From positions 1 to 64,000 of the forward strand of contig JAXHNB010000005.1 of assembly GCA_034520945.1 (NCBI GenBank): 64,000 nucleotides of DNA, written 5' to 3'. The notes beneath the pieces were generated by a model. The model was not told the DNA's origin and ran no database searches. It was given only the letters and a program-made list of their open reading frames with translations. The stretch comes from Trueperaceae bacterium (GTDB taxonomy: Bacteria; Deinococcota; Deinococci; Deinococcales; Trueperaceae). The translations under genes were made by a program, and so were the position numbers. Below are positions 29,863 through 39,272 of this stretch, one piece after another (the first letter of the stretch is position 1; every line of letters begins with the position of its first letter).

Positions 29863-32800
29863 ATGGCAGATGGTGACGAGCGAGACGCAACGCCTCAGGA
29901 GGTACACGACCAAGCATCCCCGCCAGGGGTTAGCCCGTACGCGACGGGCGGTGGCGGTGTGACATTTGAACGCAAGGTCGCCGTGGTCTACCTTGCCCGC
30001 CTGCTCGTTGGCGACGGCGCCCGAGAGCTTGGAGCCGAGCGATGCGTCGTGAGTGTCGCGTTTCAGCAGGCTCCTGAGCATCCTGTGGATGACGTTGTCG
30101 TTACGGCGGCTCGTCCCGATGAGGCTGATCCCTCGCTCGTGCTCGCACTTGCCATTCGCCGCGTTCCGAACCTCGTGGCGAGCGACGAGGCGACACAGAA
30201 GCTCATCCGCGACTTCGTCCAAGGCGTGGTCGAAGTGCCGACCGACGGACCCGAGCATCGGTTCGGGCTCGTGGTCTCTGGGCCGCAAAAACAAGCCACC
30301 GAGCTTGCTTCGCTAGCAGATGTCGCCGGCAATCAGTTGGATGCGGCGGTGTTTTTCGACCTCATTCGCACGCCGGAAAAGTTCACCGCCCGTATACGTG
30401 GGCGCCTGGATCACTTCGAGGAGCTCGTGAAGCAGGCACTGACTGATCTCGGTGGCTCAGAGCCCACCACTGACCTTGTGCAGCAGCGAACGTGGGAGTT
30501 GCTATCGCGCCTTGCAATCCTCATGCCACGCCTGGAGACGCCCGACCCGACAGACTGGGATGCGCTGTTGAAGGATCTCAATCAGGTGGCACGTGGCGGC
30601 GATCTCGGAGGCGCTTCACGGCTCCGTGATCGACTCATCGCCCTTGCTGGCGAGTACGCGCCAAGCGCCGCAACCGTCAATCTCCGTACGTTGCGTCGCG
30701 ATGCGTACACGGCACTGGATATTTCGGTTCGGCGCAACGAGCGCGGGTGGAGGGTCCTCGAACATCTTGGTGCGCGAGCGGTGTCGTCGGTCCGCAGCGA
30801 GATCGGCGCGCCTGACGATGAGCGACGCTTGCGCCTCGACCGCCATGAACTCGCAGGGCAGGTACTCGCCACCGCGAACTCGGGCACGGCGGTCGTGGTG
30901 AGCGGCGAATCCGGCGTCGGGAAGAGCGCGCTTGTGCTTGGTTCGGTCACCACCGCGGCGTCTGATGATGAGTCCGATACGCAGGTGGCGTGCGTGAACC
31001 TTCGGCACCTTCCGAGCACGACGATCGAGTTCGAGTCCCTCCTTGGCAGTCCTCTAGAAGAATTGCTTGCCGAGTTGAGTGCACCGAATCGCCTGCTCGT
31101 CATTGATGGTGCCGACGCCGTGGCGGAAGGGCAGGTGGATCAGCTGCGCTACCTTGTTGACGCTGCCTATGACGCCGGGGTGGGCCTGATCGTGACCACA
31201 AGCTTCGACAACAAGCAGGCTGCATGCGAAGTCGTTGGGGAGCAATTTGGCAAGCTTGCTGAGACCGTCGTACCCCTATTGACCGATGCCGAGATCGATG
31301 AAGTCGCAGCGTCATTCGAGGAGCTTGTCAGTCTGGCCCACAACCAGAAGGCACGTGAGTTGCTGCGCCGGCCTGTGGTCATCGATCTCCTGGTGCGTGG
31401 CCGCGTTTCTGGAGTACCGCTCAGCGATGCCGATGCCATGGAGCAAGTGTGGACCGAGTTGGTTCGCCGCCCCGGTTGGTCCGGTCGTGGCACGCGAATG
31501 GCGCGAGACCTAGCCATGCTGCGGCTTGCGGGCCTTGAGTTGGCCGGTGGCGATCGCCTCGAAGCCGTCGAGGGGATTGATGCAGAAGCTCTCGATGGCC
31601 TGTGCCGTGACGGGCTCTTGCGCAGTCCGGTCGAAAATCCATTCGGGATTGGGCCCGAGTTCGCACACGATGAGGTGCGGCGCTACGCGGTTGCCCGCTT
31701 GCTGCTCGCAGAGGCTGACCCGACTACCAAGCTTGTTGAGGCCGCTGTGCCGCGCTGGGCGCTTGGAGCCGCACGACTCGCGTGCCAACGACTGCTGGTC
31801 GCGCCTGACGCTCCGGGGAATCCGGTGCGCGGAAGGTTCGCCCGGTTACAAGCGGCATTTGATGCCCTTGTTGGCGCTGGACATGGCGAACGCTGGGGTG
31901 ACGTGCCAGGCGAGGCCCTCCTGACACTTGGGGATCCGGAACCGATGCTCAGAGACGCGTGGGCGACGCTTCGTTCCGAGAGCCAAGGCGACCTGAAGCG
32001 TCTCTGTCGCTTGATCGACCAGCGGCTCAGAGATGAGAACCACCTGCTCCGCCTTGTCGCTGTAGAACCCGTCGTCGAGTTGCTCCTAGACGACGAGGCC
32101 CCTTGGAAAACTGCTAAGCACGTGCAGGACATCGTGCTTGATTGGTTGCGTGCGCATGTCTTTGCCGGCACTGCGGAGGGCCATCCACTTCGGGTTCGTC
32201 TTCGAGAGCAGCTCGTCGCCGCGTGCTCCGCCGCCGACCAGCGCCTCCAGGCGGCGCAAGCTGCCGCTGCGGCAGCGCGTGCTGCACGTTCGCCCGAGGA
32301 GATCGAGCAGGAGCGGCGGTTCCGAGAAAGCCATCGCGCGCTGTTCACCGAGTTCACCGAGATCGGAAGTGCGCGTAGCCAGCGCCCACTACGTCCAGAG
32401 GTTCCACGGGAGATTACCGATTCGCTAGTCATAGAGCTTCTGGCTCTGCTCGGTCCCGACCTTGGCGATGACGGCGAAGCCATCTTGCGACGCGTGGGAA
32501 GAGATTCGCCCTCCGATCTTGCACCTGCTGTAGACGATCTCGTCGCTGGCCGCGCTCTCGCTATGAGTCGCAGAGGGATCTTGGCCGAGTTGACCGAGAC
32601 CTACTACGTGGACGAGGACGAGGATGGTTCAGTGCTTCACGAGGATGGGATTCGGGACCATAGCTCTCGGAATTTCGGTGTCGTACCTCTTTCCTCCCCG
32701 TACCGAGGGCCGTTCATACCGCTGTTTCAGGCGGATATGGCTGGCGGCGTGTCAGTGCTGAATCGCATGCTGAACCATGCTGCGTTGGCCCGCGCTCGTA

Positions 32801-35061
32801 CGCTGGCCAAACGGGAGTACGGTTACGGTGCGCCTAACGCTGACGGCAATCTCGACGCGTACCGGACCGTGCTTGACGTTGCCGGTGTGCGCAGGACCTA
32901 CGTAGGTGACGCTCATGTCTGGAACTGGTATCGGGGCACGGGAGTCGGGCCGCATCCGTGCATGAGCGCGTTGCAGGCACTTGAGCGTGTGTGCGACCAG
33001 TTCATCGAGATCGGTATTCCGATCGACCGTATCGTTGCTCGCCTTCTTCGAAATTGTGAGAACCTCGCCATGGTGGGCTTCGTGGTCGGACTACTTGTTC
33101 GCCACATGGAGCGGGCTGGTCGGTTGCTTGACCCCTATCTCGCCGATCCGAGAGTCTGGAAACTGGAATTCGGCCGTGCGAGTAGTGAGTTGATGAATGG
33201 TCTAGCGGCTCCTTCAGGTGACCTCGTCGGGGCCGAACGTCGATCTTGGTCGATGCGCGAGGTAGCTATGCATCTCGTTGTGCGCGCCGACGACGCTCGC
33301 GCTTCAGAGCTGCGTGGCGTCGGCGAGCAGCTCATTGCAAACGCCCGCCGGCTCGCTAGCAACGCTCCGCGTGATGGACGGGAATCCGATGAAGACGAAG
33401 CATTGCAGCAAGAACTCACCACGGTGCGCGCGTGGGCGAGCACCCTTGATCGCGACACATATCGGATGGAACAGGCCGAGGACGGAGTGTACATCCAGAG
33501 CGTGCCACCCGAGGAGATCGTCGAAGCACTTGAGCGCGCGAGCGCAGCGCCTCGTCGCACGCAGGACGCGATGCGCCTGGCTTCGCGCTATGCCCTTAAG
33601 CCGAAGATGAGCGCTTCACAGAGCATTTCGGCGGATGAGTTGGTCGAGGATTTGACGCTTGCACGCAGCCTTCTTGAGGACTCGCCCGGGCGCTCTGTCC
33701 TGGATCCTTGGGATGCGGCGGCGGCGGTTGCGTCGACGGCGCTATCGGCTCATTTGACCCGGAACGTGGCCCTTTCAGACGATTGGCTTAGATTCTCCGT
33801 GGATACCGTGCTCCGCGTAGGGGCCGGCGAGGTTCCCGCGGGTGCGTTTGAGGGCGACGACGTCTACTTCGAGCAAGGTGCCGAGCGCAGTGCTGCCCGC
33901 GCGCTTCCGTTGCTGTTGCTTCCGTCTGCGCTCCCGTTGCTGTCACTTGTTGACAGCGCCGATGACTCGTCGAGCTATGAGCGAGTGATCGGAACCGGCT
34001 TAAAACTTGCCCAGGCTGTTGCGTTCGAAGTGCGGCTTCATCTTGCACGCGGCATGGACCGAGTGTGGCAGGAAACCTGCAGAGAAGAAGGTGGCTGCCA
34101 CCACGAGGTGGCCCTGTGGCTCGTTGTCGAGTCAATGCGCCACTGCGTGATGGGTACACGGGATGCTGCAACGGGTGAGCGGACCATCCTTCCGCTTGAG
34201 GATCCGGTCGAAACTTCATTGGCCGAGCTAGGAGATGACGAGGTCTACGTCTCGCGCCTCGGTGCAGCTATTAGGGCGCTTGCTCCTGCGGCAGTGGCAC
34301 ACGTCTGCGTATCGAGCCGGGCGCGTGAACTCCTCGACGTCGCCTTGGCGGCACAGAGGCGGTCCCTCTTGACGTACGAACGGGACGTTGACCATCAGGG
34401 TACGCAAACATTGATCGCCGCCCGAGCGGTACTGACACTAGCTTCCGACGGTGACGAGGTATCCGTATTCCAGTACATCGATGCCTACGCCGACAGCCCA
34501 AGGCTGCTTGGGGGCTTCCTGCGAGCGCTTTCGAGCACTGCGGAGGAGAATGCACAGCGTGCGGCGGCCGCCCAGCGCGTGTGGCCAAGAATCGTCGAGC
34601 ACGTTCTTGAGCTGAGGGAGGCTGGGCGAAAGCCCTTCGAAGACGACTTCGTTGGAGAATTGGCGCGCGCGGCACTTCTGCCGAACGCAGGGGGAGGTTC
34701 CACCTACCTCTACCGTGAGTTGGACGGCGATCCGATCGAATGGTGGCAGCCTATCGGGTGGCGCGACGTCGTGGACCAATGGTTACGGGTTGCAGCTGGA
34801 AGCGCGACATGTGTCGACCAGCTCATCGGCTTCCTGAGCGTGCTTCCCATGAACGACCAGGTACGGCACGGGCTGCCGTGGGTGGCTTCCCTCGTGCTAC
34901 CGCAGCCCGAACGCGTAGCGGGACGTACCTTCCTGCTGTCGGAGTGGCTCATCAAGGCGCGTACGTCCGCGAGGGATGCGGGGCTCCTGTCCGACTGGCA
35001 GCGCGTCATCGATGCCCTTGTCGTTGCAGGCGCCAGCAAGCTGGCCCCATACTCCGAGTAG
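29863..35061 (+). CDS. Large STAND-type ATPase, AVAST(Avs)-like
   Basis: N-terminal SPYATGGGGVTFE..PVDD nuclease-like region; Walker A GESGVGKS; Walker B LLVIDGAD; FAHDEVR; long helical C-terminus with WYRG..P..SALQALE. Confidence 0.72.
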   Translation: MADGDERDATPQEVHDQASPPGVSPYATGGGGVTFERKVAVVYLARLLVGDGARELGAERCVVSVAFQQAPEHPVDDVVVTAARPDEADPSLVLALAIRRVPNLVASDEATQKLIRDFVQGVVEVPTDGPEHRFGLVVSGPQKQATELASLADVAGNQLDAAVFFDLIRTPEKFTARIRGRLDHFEELVKQALTDLGGSEPTTDLVQQRTWELLSRLAILMPRLETPDPTDWDALLKDLNQVARGGDLGGASRLRDRLIALAGEYAPSAATVNLRTLRRDAYTALDISVRRNERGWRVLEHLGARAVSSVRSEIGAPDDERRLRLDRHELAGQVLATANSGTAVVVSGESGVGKSALVLGSVTTAASDDESDTQVACVNLRHLPSTTIEFESLLGSPLEELLAELSAPNRLLVIDGADAVAEGQVDQLRYLVDAAYDAGVGLIVTTSFDNKQAACEVVGEQFGKLAETVVPLLTDAEIDEVAASFEELVSLAHNQKARELLRRPVVIDLLVRGRVSGVPLSDADAMEQVWTELVRRPGWSGRGTRMARDLAMLRLAGLELAGGDRLEAVEGIDAEALDGLCRDGLLRSPVENPFGIGPEFAHDEVRRYAVARLLLAEADPTTKLVEAAVPRWALGAARLACQRLLVAPDAPGNPVRGRFARLQAAFDALVGAGHGERWGDVPGEALLTLGDPEPMLRDAWATLRSESQGDLKRLCRLIDQRLRDENHLLRLVAVEPVVELLLDDEAPWKTAKHVQDIVLDWLRAHVFAGTAEGHPLRVRLREQLVAACSAADQRLQAAQAAAAAARAARSPEEIEQERRFRESHRALFTEFTEIGSARSQRPLRPEVPREITDSLVIELLALLGPDLGDDGEAILRRVGRDSPSDLAPAVDDLVAGRALAMSRRGILAELTETYYVDEDEDGSVLHEDGIRDHSSRNFGVVPLSSPYRGPFIPLFQADMAGGVSVLNRMLNHAALARARTLAKREYGYGAPNADGNLDAYRTVLDVAGVRRTYVGDAHVWNWYRGTGVGPHPCMSALQALERVCDQFIEIGIPIDRIVARLLRNCENLAMVGFVVGLLVRHMERAGRLLDPYLADPRVWKLEFGRASSELMNGLAAPSGDLVGAERRSWSMREVAMHLVVRADDARASELRGVGEQLIANARRLASNAPRDGRESDEDEALQQELTTVRAWASTLDRDTYRMEQAEDGVYIQSVPPEEIVEALERASAAPRRTQDAMRLASRYALKPKMSASQSISADELVEDLTLARSLLEDSPGRSVLDPWDAAAAVASTALSAHLTRNVALSDDWLRFSVDTVLRVGAGEVPAGAFEGDDVYFEQGAERSAARALPLLLLPSALPLLSLVDSADDSSSYERVIGTGLKLAQAVAFEVRLHLARGMDRVWQETCREEGGCHHEVALWLVVESMRHCVMGTRDAATGERTILPLEDPVETSLAELGDDEVYVSRLGAAIRALAPAAVAHVCVSSRARELLDVALAAQRRSLLTYERDVDHQGTQTLIAARAVLTLASDGDEVSVFQYIDAYADSPRLLGGFLRALSSTAEENAQRAAAAQRVWPRIVEHVLELREAGRKPFEDDFVGELARAALLPNAGGGSTYLYRELDGDPIEWWQPIGWRDVVDQWLRVAAGSATCVDQLIGFLSVLPMNDQVRHGLPWVASLVLPQPERVAGRTFLLSEWLIKARTSARDAGLLSDWQRVIDALVVAGASKLAPYSE

Positions 35062-35297
35062 GGGTCCGGTCCTCCTGAGGCTGGAAGCTGGCAGGGCTGC
35101 CCCTGCATTGGTCAGCGCCACAGGCACAGAGCCTTGATGTTGCGCATCCCTGTGCTTGGCCTTAGCTCGCTCGGTCTTCAATGGGCGTGTCTTGAGACTT
35201 CCCATTCTGGAGGATCGATGGCCCGCTCTACAGCCAAAAACTTCGCGCGAGCCCGTCCTGACAGCGGCCCCGGAGCGCAATCGACGGATTGCGGTCT

Positions 35298-35534
35298 CTA
35301 GCGAAATCTTACGGGCTCGCCTACCTCGGCCTTAGGCCGCACCACCAACTCCAGCCCGAGCGCATCGAGCACCTTCCCCCACCCGTCCGGGAGGTTCCCC
35401 CGGTGTCCCGTCAAGAGGTGGTTGAGGTGCTGACGGCTGAGTCCGACGCGTTTGGCAAGCTCCGTTTGCGTGAGTCGTTGCCGCACCATCGCCACCCGAA
35501 TCTCTTCCCGAATCTGTAACGTCATGGAGGGCAT
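35298..35534 (-). CDS. XRE-family HTH regulator
   Basis: LTQTELAKRVGLSRQHLNHLLTG..VLDALGLEL; divergent from the integrase. Confidence 0.88.
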   Translation of the reverse strand: MPSMTLQIREEIRVAMVRQRLTQTELAKRVGLSRQHLNHLLTGHRGNLPDGWGKVLDALGLELVVRPKAEVGEPVRFR

Positions 35535-35535
35535 G

Positions 35536-35570
35536 TTGACACGTTATCTCTACAACGGCTAGACTGTCAA
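35536..35570. promoter_or_regulatory. Overlapping divergent sigma70-type promoters (int / xre)
   Basis: + strand TTGACA(35536)-18-TAGACT; - strand TTGACA(35570)-18-TAACGT, ending 6 nt before the xre ATG. Confidence 0.7.
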
Positions 35571-35606
35571 TGAAAAGCTAACAGAAAGTCTCTAAAACGT
35601 AGCTAG

Positions 35607-36878
35607 ATGGCACAAGCTGGCCGTGTCGACGAAGGCAGGAGATCGGAGTCAACGATGAGTGAATACGAGCTCGTGGACCGAGGGAGAAGCCCGGGGCAAG
35701 GTCAACTTCTCAAGCACAAGACGGACCCTCGCCGTTGGTTGGTGAAGGTCTTCCTGGGCCGAGATGCGCACGGAAGGAAGAAGTATCGGTCGCAAGTGGT
35801 GCGCGGCGGCAAGCGCGACGCAAACGCTGTGCTGCTGGAGAAACTGCAAGAGCGAGCGACCGGGACGCTGACGCCTCGCTCACGCATGACGCTCCGCGAC
35901 CTGGCCAGCGAATGGGCCAAGCACAAGGAACGGGAGGTGGCCCCCCGCACCCTCAGGCAGTACGTCGACAGCCTGAACCGCTACGTGCTTCCCTCCCTGG
36001 GCCATCGGAAGATCGCCGATCTCACGCTTCGCGAGATCGACCGCGCCTACGGGAACATGCTCTCCGGGGAGCTTCCGAAGGCTGACGGCGGTCCGGGCGT
36101 GACCGGCAGGCCACTCGCCGCCGGCACCGTACGCCTGACCCATGCCGCGCTGTCGCAGGCCCTCTCGCAGGCTGTGCGGTGGGGCCTGATTCGAAGCAAC
36201 CCCGCCGCCGAAGCCAGCGTTCCCTCGCTGCGAGCGAAGGAGAAAGAGACGCTCACGGCCACCGAGCGGGCGCGTTGGCTCGATGTGTGCGAGGGGCGCT
36301 TCTACGGAACCTTCTACCGTCTGCTGGTCGATACGGGGCTGCGGCCAGGCGAGGCGTGTGCGCTGACGTGGTCCGACGTCGATTTCGCGCGCGGCACCAT
36401 CAGCGTGCGGCGGACGGTGACGAAGGGGTCCAAGGGCAAGCCGGTGATCGGCGAGCCAAAAACGGATAAGAGCCGTCGGATCGTTCCGATGCTTCGGGGG
36501 CTCCAGGATGCGCTACTGCGTCACCAGGATTGGCAGCGCGAACGCGCCCTGGACGCCGACGGTCTGGTGTTCAAGAACCAGGACGGGGAGATGTTGCGCC
36601 CGTGGACGTTCTCGGTTCGCGACTTCCGCCGGAGCCTCCGGGCAGCGGGCATCACCAAGGAGCTCACGTTGTACTCGTTGCGCCACACCTTCGCGACCCT
36701 GCACGTGGCCAATGGCACCTCGCTCAAGAAGGTCTCCGACCTGCTCGGGCACGCCAACATCCAACAGACGGCCAACACCTACATGCACGACGATCTATCC
36801 GTCACGACCGAGTGGATGAAGCGATACGAGCGGATGCTCGACGAGGTCGAGACGCCGGCCCGCCCGCCGGCCAACTGA
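35607..36878 (+). CDS. int: Tyrosine integrase
   Basis: TGLRPGE, PKT, YSLRH, LLGH, NTY; N-terminal arm-binding region. Start is 35607 or 35655. Confidence 0.95.
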   Translation: MAQAGRVDEGRRSESTMSEYELVDRGRSPGQGQLLKHKTDPRRWLVKVFLGRDAHGRKKYRSQVVRGGKRDANAVLLEKLQERATGTLTPRSRMTLRDLASEWAKHKEREVAPRTLRQYVDSLNRYVLPSLGHRKIADLTLREIDRAYGNMLSGELPKADGGPGVTGRPLAAGTVRLTHAALSQALSQAVRWGLIRSNPAAEASVPSLRAKEKETLTATERARWLDVCEGRFYGTFYRLLVDTGLRPGEACALTWSDVDFARGTISVRRTVTKGSKGKPVIGEPKTDKSRRIVPMLRGLQDALLRHQDWQRERALDADGLVFKNQDGEMLRPWTFSVRDFRRSLRAAGITKELTLYSLRHTFATLHVANGTSLKKVSDLLGHANIQQTANTYMHDDLSVTTEWMKRYERMLDEVETPARPPAN

Positions 36879-36953
36879 TCCTCGCGCTCGATGAGCCCAG
36901 CGCGGGGCGCGTCGAGCGAAGGTCGAGACTCCGGCGACCGCAGCCTGGGAGAT

Positions 36954-36975
36954 TGACACAACACTGACACCATAG
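36954..36975 (+). repeat. Imperfect tandem repeat, probable arm-type sites
   Basis: TGACACAACAC-TGACACCATAG between int and the att; shares the GACAC core with 11436-11458. Confidence 0.45.
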
Positions 36976-36981
36976 ACGCCC

Positions 36982-37019
36982 GATGCGCCCCGAACCACGC
37001 CGGGGCGCATCTTCATTTT
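36982..37019. terminator. Intrinsic terminator between int and tRNA-Val
   Basis: 11-bp perfect stem GATGCGCCCCG/CGGGGCGCATC followed by TTCATTTT on +. Confidence 0.75.
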
Positions 37020-37046
37020 CACCGTCCAGAACGCACATCGTCGAAA

Positions 37047-37121
37047 TGGTGGGCGATGACGGATTCGAACCGCCGACCTACCGCTTGTAAGGCGGCCGCT
37101 CTGCCGCTGAGCTAATCGCCC
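37047..37121 (-). tRNA. tRNA-Val (TAC)
   Basis: GGGCGAT acceptor stem, CT-TAC-AA loop, GGTTCGAATCC, CCA end. Confidence 0.96.
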
Positions 37122-37148
37122 GTGCCGTGACGCACCGTGGCGCGCCAG

Positions 37149-37177
37149 ATTATGGCACAGCGACCGAACGCGGTCAG
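37149..37177 (-). promoter_or_regulatory. tRNA-Val promoter
   Basis: CTGACC-17-CATAAT with a TG extension. Confidence 0.55.
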
Positions 37178-37335
37178 GTCCCGAGTGCCGCTGGGGGTAG
37201 GGAGATCGTCTCCAGGTCGGTACGCCCGATATCGGCGCCGACGTACGCGAGAGGTTCTCGGTGGGACGCCGCCCGTCCGTGGGCCAGCACATCGCCGAAC
37301 GACACGTGGACGAGCACGCGGGTGTCGACGGCCCT
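37174..37335 (-). pseudogene. vapC: vapC (PIN toxin) remnant with internal deletion
   Basis: RAVDTRVLV joined to SFGDVLAHGRAASHREPLAYVGADIGRTDL, matching the N- and C-terminal VapC motifs. No start codon. Confidence 0.72.
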
Positions 37336-37587
37336 TCAGCCGTTGCCCAGCATGTCCTCTTGTTGGGCCTTGCTGGGCGGGTTCGCGCGGTACCGGTCCT
37401 CCAGGAGCGGGTGCACGTGGTCCCGGACGAATGCGATCGCGGCGTCCGCACGTTCGTTCGCCTCGAGCGCGTGCCAGTACAGCTGCAGGGCATGCGCCAT
37501 GGCGTCCGTCGTGGTTTCGCCGGTGCGCTCGGTGATCGCCTCGAGGAGCTCTACGACCTCGTCGTTCTTCACGTTGATCTGCTTCAC
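37336..37587 (-). CDS. vapB: VapB-like antitoxin (Rv0623-type)
   Basis: INVKNDEVVELLEAITERTGETTTDAMAHAL; TAGACT 6 nt before GTG. Confidence 0.78.
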   Translation of the reverse strand: MKQINVKNDEVVELLEAITERTGETTTDAMAHALQLYWHALEANERADAAIAFVRDHVHPLLEDRYRANPPSKAQQEDMLGNG

Positions 37588-37718
37588 GACACCAGTCTAG
37601 CGGGGTTCCACGACATGGCAATGCATGTATCCCTTCGCCTCGGCAGGAGGCGTCTCTTGGGAGCGGGCTGAACCCGACCATGACGCGGTCGGTGTCACGA
37701 ACGCCACGCCACGAACGA

Positions 37719-37805
37719 GGGAGGCGCATCGTGCCTTCCCCGCGGCGACCCCTACGAAATGCGCACTCGGACCGCCACCATCACGAGGCGCGGTGCCTCA
37801 CCGCT
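37719..37805 (-). repeat. Degenerate copy of tRNA-Glu 3' part and its terminator
   Basis: 37743-37779 matches 39071-39107 at 30 of 37 nt; hairpin 37719-37740 resembles 39044-39067. Confidence 0.75.
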
Positions 37806-37986
37806 CCCCGTCGGGCATGCTCGTACGCCCCGGTCAGGCCTTGTTCCCTCGAAGTTGTGGCGTTTTCGTGAGAGGGGACGTGCGAATGTAGGGTTCGCTG
37901 TGCCCATCGTGATTTGGGCCCAGGTGTGTCGTGGCGCCTGGAAGGCAAGGGGGGCTCGAAGATTGCTCGCACGGTTCCTGGATGAG

Positions 37987-39003
37987 ATGCCCAGCTTGTC
38001 GTGGCGGCGCGTGACGTGGCGGGCGGGGGGCGTCGGGCTTGGGCTGGTGGCGTGCTGGTTGCTGCTGTTGCTGGTGGGCAGCGAGTTGTTCGTGCTGGTG
38101 CATGCGTTCTACCTGCCGGTGACGTTGGCGGCGTTCTGGTTGGGGCCGGTGGGCGCGGTGGCGTCGGCGGTGGCCGCGGGCGTGATGGCGGGACCCCTCC
38201 TGCCGGCAGGGGTGCGTCCGGCGGAGTATGCGGCGGGGGAGTGGCTGGTGCGGTTGGGGTTCTTCGCGGGGTTCAGCGTCCTGGCGGGGATTCTGTTGTC
38301 GCGGATTCGGTCGCAGGCGCGGTCGATGCGGAGCTTGTACGCGCGGACGTTGCGGGGGTTCGTACGGGCGCTCGAGTACAAGGACGTGGAGACCGGCGAT
38401 CACTGCGAGCGGGTGGCGCGGAACGCGGTGCACATGGGTCGGCAGTTGGGCTTCGCGGAGACGCAACTGGAGGCGATCTACTGGGCGGGGTACTTGCATG
38501 ACCTAGGGAAGATCGCGACACCTGCGGAGGTCCTGGGGAAGCCGGGTCGATTGACGAGCGCGGAGTACGAGGTGGTGAAGAAGCACGCGGAGATGGGCGC
38601 GGACCTGTTGGAGGGGGTGTCGACGTCGTTCCGGTCGATCGCGGAGGGGGTACGCCATCACCATGAGCGTTGGGATGGGTTGGGGTACCCGGGGGGCTTG
38701 GCGGGGGAGGAGATCCCGCTGTTCGGGCGCATCCTCGGCGTGGTGGATGTCTTCGAGGCGTTGACGAGCGACCGGCCGTACCGTGCCGCCTTGCCGGTCA
38801 GGGAGGCGGCGGCCATCGTGCAGGAAGGGGCCGGGTCGCACTTCGACCCGGGCCTCGCGGAGGCGTTTTTGTCGTTGGTGGCGGCCGACCGTGTGCACGT
38901 GCAGGGACGAAGCGGGAACGAGTCGCTCGTGGAGTCGCCGGTGATGTTCAATCCGGAGGTGTTGCGCGAGCAGGCGTGGGACAAGAAGCGGATGCTGTCG
39001 TGA
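37987..39003 (+). CDS. Membrane HD-GYP phosphodiesterase
   Basis: N-terminal TMs; HCERV, LHDLGK, HHERWDGLGYP, DVFEALTSDRPY. Confidence 0.92.
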   Translation: MPSLSWRRVTWRAGGVGLGLVACWLLLLLVGSELFVLVHAFYLPVTLAAFWLGPVGAVASAVAAGVMAGPLLPAGVRPAEYAAGEWLVRLGFFAGFSVLAGILLSRIRSQARSMRSLYARTLRGFVRALEYKDVETGDHCERVARNAVHMGRQLGFAETQLEAIYWAGYLHDLGKIATPAEVLGKPGRLTSAEYEVVKKHAEMGADLLEGVSTSFRSIAEGVRHHHERWDGLGYPGGLAGEEIPLFGRILGVVDVFEALTSDRPYRAALPVREAAAIVQEGAGSHFDPGLAEAFLSLVAADRVHVQGRSGNESLVESPVMFNPEVLREQAWDKKRMLS

Positions 39004-39043
39004 GCGTTCCGGGCGTCCACCGACGGTGGCGCCCCATAGGAAG

Positions 39044-39067
39044 CGGGGAGGCGCAACCGCCTCCCCG
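39044..39067. terminator. Terminator hairpin downstream of tRNA-Glu
   Basis: CGGGGAGGCG-CAAC-CGCCTCCCCG. Confidence 0.7.
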
Positions 39068-39070
39068 TTC

Positions 39071-39145
39071 TGGTGACCCCTACGAGATTCGAACTCGTGC
39101 CGCCACCTTGAAAGGGTGGTGACCTAACCGCTAGTCGAAGGGGCC
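39071..39145 (-). tRNA. tRNA-Glu (TTC)
   Basis: GGCCCCT..CT-TTC-AA..GTTCGAATC..CCA. Confidence 0.96.
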
Positions 39146-39150
39146 TTGCC

Positions 39151-39226
<76 letters not shown>

Positions 39227-39243
39227 AATCGTCAGCGTCAGGA

Positions 39244-39272
39244 AGTCTACTCAGCCCTCGGGGCTGTGTCAA
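39244..39272 (-). promoter_or_regulatory. Promoter of the tRNA-Lys/Glu operon
   Basis: TTGACA-17-TAGACT. Confidence 0.85.

Larger units (their letters stand above)
11269..37089. mobile_element. ~25.8 kb integrative element (satellite/IME-like) in tRNA-Val with defence cargo
   Basis: 43-bp direct repeat; integrase next to the tRNA; XRE, excisionase, Prim-Pol and helicase; R-M and STAND cargo. Confidence 0.9.

Noticed and set aside
11312..37046. Prophage or conjugative ICE
   Set aside because: No structural, lysis, terminase, relaxase or T4SS genes are recognisable.
37174..37587. Stop-codon readthrough giving a VapB-VapC fusion
   Set aside because: The frames match, but the PIN core is deleted; a lost start codon is the simpler explanation.
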